Positions 8,385 through 16,651 of a DNA stretch of 22,138 nt are shown here, piece by piece. Under the pieces are notes generated by a model. The model did no database searches, was not told where the DNA came from, and saw nothing but the letters and a program-made list of their open reading frames with translations. Position 1 is the first letter of the stretch, and the number at the start of each line of letters is the position of its first letter. The DNA comes from an uncultured Planctomycetota bacterium. Its GTDB lineage: Bacteria; Planctomycetota; CAYMFW01. The stretch is from contig CAYMFW010000070.1 of the NCBI GenBank assembly GCA_964389785.1, positions 1 to 22,138 on the forward strand, given 5' to 3'. The translations under genes were made by a program, and so were the position numbers.

Positions 8385-9032
8385 CTACTCTCCGAGCTGG
8401 CGGCGCAGGTTCTCCATGTCCTTCCGGAGCTTCTTGACCTCTGCTTCCAGCTTGTCCAGGCGCTCGTTCTCGGCGGCGACTTTCAGGCGGGCGGGTTCCT
8501 TGGCCGGCCCGGCTTCCTCTTCATCGACCTCCACCGGTCCGCAGAAGAGATGGGCGTACCGGCGCTCCCTGCGTCCGGCCTCCCGGGGGAGCTTGACCGC
8601 GTACGGGCCGTTTTCGTAGGCGGCGAGATTCTCGAGTGTCTTCTCGACGTCGGCGAGACTGTCGAAGTTATGCATCCTGTGCGTCCGGCCCCGCAGCTCT
8701 CCGACGGTCTGCGGCCCCCGCAGGAGCAGGACGCAGATGACGGCGCGCTCGGCGGGCGAGAAGTTCCCGATGCTCTCGATGCGATGGGCGTACTTCAGTA
8801 CTCGGCTCTCGGAGCTCTTCTTGTGCCATACGAGCTGTTTTTGCAGAAGCGTGTCGAGCGCGCGCAGGACCGTCGTCTCCTCTATCTCCATCACCGGGTT
8901 GCGGTTCGATGTCTGGTTGCAGGCGTTCGTGAGCGCATTGAGGCTGAGAGGATAGTAGTTCGGCGTGGTGCTCTCCTTCTCGAGGAGGGAGCCCAGGATG
9001 CGTGCTTCAACAGGGGCTAGCGTGTTCTCCAT
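8385..9032 (-). CDS. yceH: YceH/DUF480 (UPF0502) family protein
   Basis: N-terminus LAPVEARILGSLLEKESTTPNYYPLSLNALTNACNQTSNRNPVM matches the DUF480 signature. The C-terminus is coiled-coil and charged. AAAGGAGG RBS 4 nt before the ATG. Confidence 0.8.
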   Translation of the reverse strand: MENTLAPVEARILGSLLEKESTTPNYYPLSLNALTNACNQTSNRNPVMEIEETTVLRALDTLLQKQLVWHKKSSESRVLKYAHRIESIGNFSPAERAVICVLLLRGPQTVGELRGRTHRMHNFDSLADVEKTLENLAAYENGPYAVKLPREAGRRERRYAHLFCGPVEVDEEEAGPAKEPARLKVAAENERLDKLEAEVKKLRKDMENLRRQLGE

Positions 9033-9059
9033 CGTTCCTCCTTTCTCTGTTTCATTATA

Positions 9060-9377
9060 TCAGCCGGATGCGTTTGTGTTCATCTCTCTCAGGTATCGAA
9101 ACAACGGGATGCCGTAGAGCCCGACGCACAGGTAGATGCCGAATCCGGTGAAGGTGAGGCCCCAGATTGTGTTCTCGAAGTTCCACAGGGGCACCCGCCA
9201 CACCCTGGCGCTGTCCACCTTGCCGACGGTGTGCAGGGGGTGATCGCCTTCTATTATGGTGATGGGGACCGCCTGGCCGGTCTCAACGGAATTGAAGATG
9301 CGTTCGGATACCAGGCAGCGGTGTATGGCGATAGAGCTCAGCCGAGAATGGTTTGATTTTACCCGCCGAAGAACCAC
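9060..9377 (-). CDS. Hypothetical small protein with a C-terminal hydrophobic segment; start unresolved
   Basis: About 300 nt of this frame has strong coding-like third-position GC (…IAIHRCLVSERIFNSVETGQAVPITIIEGDHPLHTVGKVDSARVWRVPLWNFENTIWGLTFTGFGIYLCVGLYGIPLF…). The upstream part of the ORF-track reading (9378-9590) is Arg-rich and is the out-of-frame shadow of the 9359..9646 gene. The nearest start is a GTG at 9377, overlapping the upstream stop by about 19 nt, with no SD. Confidence 0.3.
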   Translation of the reverse strand: MVLRRVKSNHSRLSSIAIHRCLVSERIFNSVETGQAVPITIIEGDHPLHTVGKVDSARVWRVPLWNFENTIWGLTFTGFGIYLCVGLYGIPLFRYLREMNTNASG

Positions 9378-9646
9378 ATGCCCAGGGGCAGGCCGACCAG
9401 GAGTAGCCAGCCCATCGCAGAGACCATGCAGCCCGGCGTTTCGCGGTTGATGTAGCCGCCCCTGCCGACGTACCCTTTTATGCTTCCGATCTCCTCCGGG
9501 AACCAGATGAGGGCGAGGATGAATGCCAAGGCGAACCCTCCTTTGAGGACGACTTCGATCTGGTCGTCGCCGCCCGCGGTGACTATGCATGCCATGTAGG
9601 CAACGGCGATGAGCAGTGCAACTATCTTCGAGCGGGTGACCTCCAA
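9359..9646 (-). CDS. Small integral membrane protein (95 aa, 3 predicted TM segments)
   Basis: Hydrophobic, coding-like translation: EVTRSKIVALLIAVAYMACIVTAGG...GFALAFILALIWFPEE...GWLLLVGLPLGMWFFGG. TTG start with AAGGAG 6 nt upstream. The start abuts the stop of the upstream gene. Confidence 0.5.
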   Translation of the reverse strand: MEVTRSKIVALLIAVAYMACIVTAGGDDQIEVVLKGGFALAFILALIWFPEEIGSIKGYVGRGGYINRETPGCMVSAMGWLLLVGLPLGMWFFGG

Positions 9647-9647
9647 G

Positions 9648-10109
9648 TCATTCTCCTTTCATTGCCTGAAGCTGGCGAGAGCGTCTTTCCGCTTCGGCGT
9701 TGACGATCCGGTTGTAGGATTCCATGTATTTCAGCGCGGCGAGGTTGATGTTTTCTTTCTCTTCGGTCAGTGGGTAATCCCTGATGAGGGGGAGGTGTCT
9801 GTATCCATTGCCGAGTGCATACGCCTCATTGGTAACTCCAAAGCCCGGGGCCTTCCGGTCTCCGTAGGGTCCTGTGACGTACAGCCGAAGATCCCCGTTT
9901 GCGATGGACTCCTCCGCGTCCGGGATCGGGTCCCTCACGGAGATTCTTTCCAGCTCTTTTCTCTTCATGTACCCTTCGCCGTCATAGGCGAGCCAGAATG
10001 CCAGAAAAAGCAGCGGGCTGGTGAGTATGGCAGCCGCCAGGATCGCAAAGAGCATCGATCCTTCGAGGCTGAGCTCGGTGAAGCGGAATCTGATCGGCAG
10101 GCCGCACAT
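9648..10109 (-). CDS. Membrane-anchored hypothetical protein (N-terminal TM segment plus about 100-aa soluble domain)
   Basis: ATG with a GAGGTGA SD 4-6 nt upstream. TM segment MLFAILAAAILTSPLLFLAFWLAY, followed by a soluble region (…RISVRDPIPDAEESIANGDLRLYVTGPYGDRKAPGFGV…). No family recognised from sequence alone. Confidence 0.55.
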   Translation of the reverse strand: MCGLPIRFRFTELSLEGSMLFAILAAAILTSPLLFLAFWLAYDGEGYMKRKELERISVRDPIPDAEESIANGDLRLYVTGPYGDRKAPGFGVTNEAYALGNGYRHLPLIRDYPLTEEKENINLAALKYMESYNRIVNAEAERRSRQLQAMKGE

Positions 10110-10230
10110 GGTTCACCTCGTCCTGCGAAGGCATGCGGCCCCCGGCAGACCGAGAGATTCCTCTTTCTCTCTCCCGGCCTTGCCGAGGGCCTGAGGGGTG
10201 CAGTATTGGCAGGAACTGCAGTGCATCGTG

Positions 10231-12225
10231 TTATCCCGGCGACTTCGCCGGGGCTTCCGTCTTCTTCGGGGCGATTACCTTCGCGAGCGGCTTTTCCTTG
10301 TCGCCCAGGAAGTACTTCATCAGGACGCTGGAGAGCCCGTCTATCGAGCCGGAACCGTTGCCGCCGGACACCAGGACCTCGGGGACGAACTTGTTGCCGC
10401 TGGTGGCCAGTGCGTTCGCCACGTTGACTATCGCGGTCGGTCCCTGTCCGAGCGCCTCGACCTGGGCCTTGTACGAGTCGGCCTTGGCCATGCCGATGGC
10501 CCGCACCTCGGTCCCGCGTGCGGCACCGGTCTTCTCGATGTACTCGGCCTCGCCGTCCGCTTCCGCCTTCCGGCCGTTCGCGTTGTTCTGCTTTATCGCG
10601 ATGCTGACCTGGGACTTCGCGAGGTCCCTCTGCATGTCGGCGGTGCCGGCGGATTTCTCCGTGTCGACCCGCTGGCGCTCGGCCTGCTCCTGCTTCTTGT
10701 ACGTCTCGATCTCCTGGTTGGCGATCTCCCGGTCCGTCAGCACCTTGACGAGCTGGCCCGGAAGGACGACGTCCTGGATGTACACACCCGGAGTCTCGAC
10801 GTCGTACTGGTTGAGCTGGTCGCGGATGTGCGCCAGGGCCTCCATCTGCACCTGCTGTCTCGTCTCTATGAAGCGGATGGCCGGCATGCTCTGGAGCTTG
10901 TCCCGGAAATGGTTGCCGACGGCCGCCTGGAGCACCTCGTTGACCAGGTTCTGCATCGTTCCGACCATAGAGATGACGCGGGGCGCTTGAGTGTCCGCGA
11001 CGTGAATCTGCACCTGCAGGTCGATCGAGAACTCGAAGCCCTCGCGGCTCTTTGCCAGAATGGGCTTGAGCTGGGCGTCCAGATCGTGCGCGTGGGACAC
11101 CGCCTCCGCCCAGTTGAGCGTGAGTATCGCCGTCGGGACGATCTCCGCGCAGTAGCAGTGGGGGTTGATCGGGTACTTGCCGGTTCTCAGCGGCTCCTGC
11201 CAGATGCCGCGGTGGCCGGGTCTGACGAGGGAGCCGAACTTGAACTCTTCGCCGGAGGTGTCCTGAGTTATCAGCCCTACGTAGGACTTGATGACGGCCA
11301 CCTGTCCCTGTTCCACGACGAGCATGGGGACGAGCTCGACGCTGACCAGGAACGGGTTCAGGTTATAGGCGCCGTAGAGCAGCGGATCGTGCTGGAGCCC
11401 GATTCTTCCTCCCTTGTCGAGGAACGCCTGGAAGTCCTGATAGTTGTTGTGCTGCTCGTTCTTGCTGCCGAGGATCGCTTCCGTGAGGTCGTGATCCGTG
11501 GTTCCGGCGGCCGATTCCATCTCCTTGATGTCCGAGAACCCGCCGAGGCGGCTCGCGATGTAGCCGGGCTGAAGAGGGTCTCCCTCGTAGGCGGTGATTA
11601 TGCCGATGACATCCACCTTGCCGGAGCGAGTCTCTTTTGTCGGCTGGGGCGCGATGTGAACCACACGAAGATGTTCGGGATTGAGTCCGAACGCCTGGGG
11701 CTGGAGTTTGCCTCCGGTGGCCCGGGCCTTCAGCTGGAGTTCTCTCGATATGGGCACGCCGTGCACCCTGTCTTCTGTTATGACGAGAAAGGCAGCCGGG
11801 TGAATAGGTGCGAGTGTCCCCGGAGGGAGCACCGGTCTCTGAACGCCCTTCTCTCCGCCATTGTTTCTGAAGGCTGCGAGATCGGTGAAGTTGCCGAATT
11901 CTTTCTTGTAGATACCGGACTTCGCTCCCGTGGGCAGAGGGCTGCCGATCTGGGCCACCACCACGCCGATCTTGCCGGCGGATATCTGGACCCAGGGGTG
12001 TCTTTCGACGTGGTAGACGAGCCAGAGCTTGAATCGCCAGCCCGGCATCAGCAGACTCGCCTGGTAGCCTGCCTCCCCCTTGAACGCAATGGGGTCGTCG
12101 TCGGGCAGTTTCCTCCAGGAGAACCGCTTGATCACCAGTCCCACCTGCGTGGGGCCAATGATATGTATCGACGGCAGAATCACAATCGCCACCAGAGCCA
12201 GTCCCAGCATCACCACCATGGTCAT
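10231..12225 (-). CDS. SPFH/band-7 (flotillin/YqiK-like) family protein, 664 aa
   Basis: N-terminal TM segment. Two SPFH-like segments (PTQVGLVIKRFSWRKLP... and VELVPMLVVEQGQVAVIKSYVGLITQD...ILTLNWAEAV). A long Ala/Glu/Gln/Lys-rich coiled-coil region typical of flotillins (…EIETYKKQEQAERQRVDTEKSAG…). AAGGGAGG RBS. Confidence 0.8.
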   Translation of the reverse strand: MTMVVMLGLALVAIVILPSIHIIGPTQVGLVIKRFSWRKLPDDDPIAFKGEAGYQASLLMPGWRFKLWLVYHVERHPWVQISAGKIGVVVAQIGSPLPTGAKSGIYKKEFGNFTDLAAFRNNGGEKGVQRPVLPPGTLAPIHPAAFLVITEDRVHGVPISRELQLKARATGGKLQPQAFGLNPEHLRVVHIAPQPTKETRSGKVDVIGIITAYEGDPLQPGYIASRLGGFSDIKEMESAAGTTDHDLTEAILGSKNEQHNNYQDFQAFLDKGGRIGLQHDPLLYGAYNLNPFLVSVELVPMLVVEQGQVAVIKSYVGLITQDTSGEEFKFGSLVRPGHRGIWQEPLRTGKYPINPHCYCAEIVPTAILTLNWAEAVSHAHDLDAQLKPILAKSREGFEFSIDLQVQIHVADTQAPRVISMVGTMQNLVNEVLQAAVGNHFRDKLQSMPAIRFIETRQQVQMEALAHIRDQLNQYDVETPGVYIQDVVLPGQLVKVLTDREIANQEIETYKKQEQAERQRVDTEKSAGTADMQRDLAKSQVSIAIKQNNANGRKAEADGEAEYIEKTGAARGTEVRAIGMAKADSYKAQVEALGQGPTAIVNVANALATSGNKFVPEVLVSGGNGSGSIDGLSSVLMKYFLGDKEKPLAKVIAPKKTEAPAKSPG

Positions 12226-12291
12226 TCCTGACCTCCCTTCGCCTCGGACCCTGACCCGGCCCCATCGGCCGCGTCTTCTGCCCTTGAGAGG

Positions 12292-12306
12292 GCAAGCGGT
12301 GTGCCA
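12292..12306 (-). promoter_or_regulatory. Sigma-54 (RpoN) -24/-12 promoter, TGGCAC-N5-TTGC, driving the flotillin-like operon
   Basis: The plus strand reads GCAAgcggtGTGCCA. On the minus strand this is TGGCACaccgcTTGC, a perfect match to the GG/GC core and the flanking consensus. It lies about 65 nt upstream of the ATG at 12225 and is divergent from a sigma-54 activator gene. Confidence 0.6.
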
Positions 12307-12453
12307 GGTGGGCTGAAAAGATGTACGTGGTTTATTGGACGTGGGTTACGATGATACTGGACCGGCAGGAAACATGGTGAAAAACCTCACAATATGAGAA
12401 AAATCCACACATCTCCGATTGTTCGGAGCGACGGAGGGTGCTAGAATCCGGGC

Positions 12454-13830
12454 ATGGCCAGAAGGATACTAGCGCTGGATACGCCCGCGGGAGACCTGGA
12501 GCACCTGATCGGGGCTCTTCGGGAAGGAGCGGGGGACGACGCGGAGGTCGAGGTGGTCCGCAAGGGGAAGGACCTGCTGGAGCGGCTCCGGTCCGGTCTG
12601 CAGTACGATCTGATCGTGTTCGATTACTTTCTTGGCGACGGAAGCGAGGACGGGGCGGTTGTTCTGAAGAAGATCCGTGATGAGGACGGCACGGTGCCCG
12701 TGGTGGCGGTGGCGGAGAAGGGTGACGTGGAGTCCGCCGAGAAGGCGATTGCGGGGGGAGCCACGGATTTTCTCGTTCGGGGTGGACGACTCGACAAGAG
12801 GGTGTCCACGCTTCTGGGGAAGATACGCAACCTGCTGGCGCTGATAGAGCAGAACAGGATTCTGGGCGAGCAGAACCGTCTGCTGAGGGAGGTTGACAGG
12901 GACCGCCACCGGTTGGTGGGGGAGTCGCCGCAGATCCGCGGGGCGATCGACCAGATCGAGCGCGTCGCGGGAATCCCGCGGCCGGTGCTGATTGTGGGAG
13001 AGAGGGGAACGGGGAAGGAACTGGTGGCCCGCGCGATACACGATGCGGCCGGAGGGCCAGGACGGCCTTTCGTTGCGGTGAACTGCGCGGCGTTTCCGGA
13101 TTCCCTTCTCGAGAGCGAGCTGTTCGGTCACGAGAGGGGGGCGTTTACCGGCGCCGACTCGCTGGTTCACGGGAAATTCGAACAGGCGAGGGGTGGCACG
13201 CTCTTCCTGGATGAGATAGGAAACATGTCCACCGCGTTCCAGCAGAAGATTCTGCGGGTGGTGGAGTACGGGGTGTTCACCAGGGTCGGCGGTGCAGCGG
13301 AGGTGTCCACCGACGCCCGGATAATCGCGGCGACCAACACGGACCTGAAGGAGAGGATGGAATCAGGGGAGTTCCTGCGCGACCTGTACGACCGTCTGAG
13401 CTTCGAGACGATTGAGGTGCCTTCCCTGCGCGACCGGCAGGGAGACGTGGACGTGCTGGCCCGTCATTTCCTGGACGAGTTCATGCAGGAGATACCGGCG
13501 CTGGGGGGCAAGCGGCTGGCGCAGTCGGCGCTGGAGGCGCTGAGAGACTACGGCTTTCCGGGGAACGTGAGGGAACTGAAGAACATAATTGAGAGGGCGG
13601 CGTACCGGGATACCACGAACGAGATCACGCCCGAGGACATAGGGATGCTGCCGTTGTCCGGCGGCGAGCCAACCGGCCAAGGCGGCTCATTCAGGGAGCG
13701 CGTCGAGTCGGTGGAGAAGAAACTCATTCTGGATGCCCTCGAGGAGGCGGGAGGGAACAAGGCGAAGGCGGCGCGCCTGCTGGGCCTGTCGTATCATCAG
13801 TTCCGGTATTATCACCAGAAGTACGCGTGA
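12454..13830 (+). CDS. Sigma-54-dependent transcriptional activator (NtrC/Fis-family response regulator: REC + AAA+ sigma-54-interaction + Fis-type HTH)
   Basis: Walker A VGERGTGKE. GAFTGA motif (ERGAFTGA). Arginine-finger region. C-terminal HTH KAKAARLLGLSYHQFRYYHQK. N-terminal receiver-like domain with Asp in LIVFDYF. GGAGGG SD upstream. Confidence 0.9.
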   Translation: MARRILALDTPAGDLEHLIGALREGAGDDAEVEVVRKGKDLLERLRSGLQYDLIVFDYFLGDGSEDGAVVLKKIRDEDGTVPVVAVAEKGDVESAEKAIAGGATDFLVRGGRLDKRVSTLLGKIRNLLALIEQNRILGEQNRLLREVDRDRHRLVGESPQIRGAIDQIERVAGIPRPVLIVGERGTGKELVARAIHDAAGGPGRPFVAVNCAAFPDSLLESELFGHERGAFTGADSLVHGKFEQARGGTLFLDEIGNMSTAFQQKILRVVEYGVFTRVGGAAEVSTDARIIAATNTDLKERMESGEFLRDLYDRLSFETIEVPSLRDRQGDVDVLARHFLDEFMQEIPALGGKRLAQSALEALRDYGFPGNVRELKNIIERAAYRDTTNEITPEDIGMLPLSGGEPTGQGGSFRERVESVEKKLILDALEEAGGNKAKAARLLGLSYHQFRYYHQKYA

Positions 13831-13865
13831 GCAGAGTTGTTGACGGGCAGGGCAAGACGTTACCT

Positions 13866-13892
13866 GGAAAAAAGGGTCTGTCCCCTTCTTGG
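13866..13892 (-). terminator. Candidate intrinsic terminator after the histidine-kinase gene, possibly shared with the convergent bEBP gene
   Basis: Minus-strand RNA reads AAGGGGACAGACCCUUUUUU: a short GC-containing stem, 5-nt loop and a U6 tract. It lies about 15 nt after the kinase stop. Confidence 0.35.
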
Positions 13893-13900
13893 TCAGCTCT

Positions 13901-16240
13901 TCATTCATCTGCCGGTTCCATCAGCTTCTCGAGCGTCTCGGCCAGCTCCTCAATCGTGAACGGCTTTTGCAGGAAGTCCCGGACGCCCAAGTCCAGGATC
14001 TCCTGCGCCTTGCCGTCCCTGGCGAAGCCGGAACAGAGGACCACTCTGACGTTCGGGTCGATCTCCCTCATTCCCAGGAAGGCGTCGTTGCCGCCCGCTC
14101 TCGGCATTAGCATATCGAGCATTACGGCGTCTATGTCGGCGTGACGTTCCCGGTAGACGTCGATGCCTTCCGCGCCGTCCTCGGCCGTGAGGACGGTGTA
14201 TCCGATGACCTCGAGCATTTCCCTGATGGTGTTCCTCATGAAGTCCTCGTCCTCGACGAGCAGAATGGTGCCCTCGGCCTTCTCGATGCCGCGCGGGCGA
14301 GCGGTCTCCTCCTCGTCGGTCAGGACGCCACCGGCCGGGAAATACACGTCGAACACCGAACCCTTGCCCGGTTCCGACTGGATGCTGATATCCCCCTGAT
14401 GATTCTTCACGATGCCGTACACGGTGGACAGCCCGAGGCCGGTCCCACGGCTCTCGCCGGCCTGCTTGGTGGTGAAGAACGGCTCGAACATTCTCTCCCG
14501 GACTTCTTCCATGATTCCACGGCCGGTGTCCCTGACGGTGAGCTTTACGTACGCGCCGGGGCTGAGGTCGGGCCGGCTCGCGACATCGTCCTCGTTCAGC
14601 TCCACGTTACGGGTCGTCACTCTCAGGGTGCCTCCGCCGGGCATTGCCTCGAACGCGTTCACGCACAGGTTCATCAGCACCTGATTCATCTGTGTCGGAT
14701 CGCCGTTCACCGCGGCGAGTCCGTCGTCGAGGTCGAATTCGATCCTGACGGACTTGTCCACGGTGTACCGGAGGATGTCGTGCACCTCCTTCGCGGTCGC
14801 GTTGAGACTCACCGGCTGTACGATGTTCTTGCCCCTGCGGCCGAACGCGAGCAGCTTCCGGGTGAGCTCCGATGCTCTCCCCGTAATATCATATATATTC
14901 TGGAGATACAGCCTCTTTCTGTCGTCTTTCTCGCTTATCAGCATCGTGCTGGCGTAGCCGAGGATGCCGCCGAGCATATTATTGAAGTCGTGGGCGACCC
15001 CTCCGGCGAGGTTTCCTATGGAGTCCATCTTCTGGGCCTCGATGATCTTTCGCTCCAGCTTCTGCCTTTCGGTGATGTCTCGCTGGATAATGATGTAGGA
15101 GATGACGTTGCGGTTCCTGTCGCGCATCGGCGTGATGTGCATCTCGGCGGAGAACGTGCGGTCGTCGTTTCGCACGGCCGACACCGTTCCCGACCACGTC
15201 CTGCCGCCGGCGACCTCCCAGCAGGCCTGGCTCACAACGGTCGTCGCGTCCGGCTCGGCGCACAGGGAGGCGAGATCGCGACCGGCCAACTCGGCGGGCG
15301 GGTACCCGTACAGCGCTTCGGTTGCCCTGTTGACGTACGTGATGCGGAAATCCAGATCGGTGACTATGATCGCGTCCGACACCTGTTCCGTGATGGAACT
15401 GAGGAAGTTCATCTTCTCCTCGGTCTCCTTCCGTTCGAAGAATGTGGGTATCTCGTAGGCAGCCGGTCCGCGGGGGCCGTCGGAGAGGTCGGCCACGTAC
15501 TTCTCGAGGTACCCTTCGATCTTGTGGGGAGGAGCCATGATAAACGTGCAGTTGTCGTCTCCCCGCGCCCTGCACGTCACCTCGACGGCGGTGAGGGGGA
15601 TACCGAAGCTCTCCTCGCACCAGCCGGAGGAGTAGCCGGCGCTCATGATGCAGATGGGAGTGTCGGCCCTCTGCCCGGCCCTGATCCACGCATCGGCCTC
15701 GAACGAGAACGGGTGGTGATACGTGAGGAAGTAGTCTTCGTCGGGGGACGGGTGGCTCTCCGGGAGTATGTCCACCAGCGCCCAGCCGGTGTGAGAGAAG
15801 TGGACAGGGCCCGCCGACAGCTTCTCGATCGGATCGCTGAGATTCATCTTTTCGTGGAAATTCCTGGCGTCGTTCAGTCCGATGATGTGGGCGACATCGA
15901 ACAGGAAGTTCTTGCCTATGGCCAGCGATTCCTTCTCTCCCCGGTCGCCGTACAGGTTTCTGATGGTTATCAGGAAGTGGTACGAGAGGGCTGACGCGCG
16001 CACCAGAAGGTACCGCTCGTCCGATATCTCGATCGTGCCCTCGGTCGGGTTCGCGCGGGTGTCGTGGAAATACCGGCACACCGTTTCCTGGGCCTTATCG
16101 AAGATGGGCTTGAACTGTTCGGGCACGACGACCGCGTCGCCGTGGGGGGGGTGGAATCCGCGGCCCTCGCCGTCGGCGAGCTGCTCCTCGAGTTCCTTTA
16201 CCCGCCTGGCCAGGTCCTCATAGCTCGGCTTCGCGCCCAT
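13901..16240 (-). CDS. Hybrid sensor histidine kinase: N-terminal XylR_N/V4R-like sensing domain, PAS, HisKA, HATPase_c, C-terminal REC
   Basis: V4R-like Cys motif [16 protein letters not shown]...[17 protein letters not shown] region (…[27 protein letters not shown]…). H-box [21 protein letters not shown] boxes ([10 protein letters not shown]…DTGRGI…GTGLGLS). Canonical receiver ILLVEDED…VMLDMLMP…VVLCSGFA…DFLQKPF. AGGAGAG SD. Confidence 0.9.
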   Translation of the reverse strand: MGAKPSYEDLARRVKELEEQLADGEGRGFHPPHGDAVVVPEQFKPIFDKAQETVCRYFHDTRANPTEGTIEISDERYLLVRASALSYHFLITIRNLYGDRGEKESLAIGKNFLFDVAHIIGLNDARNFHEKMNLSDPIEKLSAGPVHFSHTGWALVDILPESHPSPDEDYFLTYHHPFSFEADAWIRAGQRADTPICIMSAGYSSGWCEESFGIPLTAVEVTCRARGDDNCTFIMAPPHKIEGYLEKYVADLSDGPRGPAAYEIPTFFERKETEEKMNFLSSITEQVSDAIIVTDLDFRITYVNRATEALYGYPPAELAGRDLASLCAEPDATTVVSQACWEVAGGRTWSGTVSAVRNDDRTFSAEMHITPMRDRNRNVISYIIIQRDITERQKLERKIIEAQKMDSIGNLAGGVAHDFNNMLGGILGYASTMLISEKDDRKRLYLQNIYDITGRASELTRKLLAFGRRGKNIVQPVSLNATAKEVHDILRYTVDKSVRIEFDLDDGLAAVNGDPTQMNQVLMNLCVNAFEAMPGGGTLRVTTRNVELNEDDVASRPDLSPGAYVKLTVRDTGRGIMEEVRERMFEPFFTTKQAGESRGTGLGLSTVYGIVKNHQGDISIQSEPGKGSVFDVYFPAGGVLTDEEETARPRGIEKAEGTILLVEDEDFMRNTIREMLEVIGYTVLTAEDGAEGIDVYRERHADIDAVMLDMLMPRAGGNDAFLGMREIDPNVRVVLCSGFARDGKAQEILDLGVRDFLQKPFTIEELAETLEKLMEPADE

Positions 16241-16243
16241 CGG

Positions 16244-16648
16244 CTAGACGCTCTCCTGATCGAATGACGGCGGCTGGCAGGATGAAATCGGGTCCTTGGA
16301 TCGGAAGAAGGTGTTCGAGTAATCGGGTCCCAGTCCGATGCGCAGGACGTCCACATGGTCTTCTTCCGGCAGATAGGAGGTGATGGTGAAGGAGGTCTCG
16401 GAGAAGTCGAACCGGCTGTCCGTCTTGAGGACGGCGGTCCTTTCCGAATCCATGAAGAACCGGTCCTCCCCGCTGATTCGCATGCTTCCTTCGTTCAGGA
16501 GCTCCCATGTGAATGTGTCGTAGTACTGCAGCGACCAGTCATAGACGGCGTACGTGCCGGTGTCGGAGGGAAGAAACGCCAGCTTCTCGACTATCGCCAT
16601 GCCGGAGCCGTGCGTCTTGGCCGCAAGCCATATGCCCGTGATCTGCAT
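16244..16648 (-). CDS. Hypothetical protein (134 aa), translationally coupled between the HEAT-repeat gene and the kinase gene
   Basis: ATG 3 nt after the upstream stop, and its own stop 3 nt before the kinase ATG. Coding-like composition. No recognisable domain. Confidence 0.5.
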   Translation of the reverse strand: MQITGIWLAAKTHGSGMAIVEKLAFLPSDTGTYAVYDWSLQYYDTFTWELLNEGSMRISGEDRFFMDSERTAVLKTDSRFDFSETSFTITSYLPEEDHVDVLRIGLGPDYSNTFFRSKDPISSCQPPSFDQESV

Positions 16649-16651
16649 GGG

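Noticed and set aside
10206-10220. Sigma-54-like TGGCAG-gaac-TGCA on the plus strand, inside the 3' end of the flotillin gene
   Set aside because: GG-to-GC spacing is 2 nt too short. It is on the wrong strand for any downstream gene, and it lies inside coding sequence.
10234-10254. Perfect hairpin CCCGGCG-ACTT-CGCCGGG at the flotillin stop codon
   Set aside because: It lies within the last codons of the gene and is not followed by a U-tract on the minus strand. It is unlikely to be an intrinsic terminator and is probably incidental.
10198-12231. 677-aa ORF on the plus strand, and a 310-aa minus-strand ORF at 11363..12295
   Set aside because: These are antisense or out of frame to the flotillin-like gene. 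The translations are Arg/Gly/Leu/Val-rich low-complexity strings typical of high-GC shadow ORFs. They have no motifs and no RBS.
12380-12450. Possible sigma-70 promoter for the bEBP gene, TTGTTC-N17-(TGc)TAGAAT
   Set aside because: It would place the transcription start only about 2 nt before the ATG. It would also put the GGAGGG SD inside the spacer, so it conflicts with the RBS. Left as ambiguous rather than called.
14141-16079. 617-aa (+) and 366-aa (-) ORFs overlapping the histidine-kinase gene
   Set aside because: Shadow frames of a gene with unambiguous HisKA, HATPase and REC motifs. Arg/Pro/Gly-rich junk composition.
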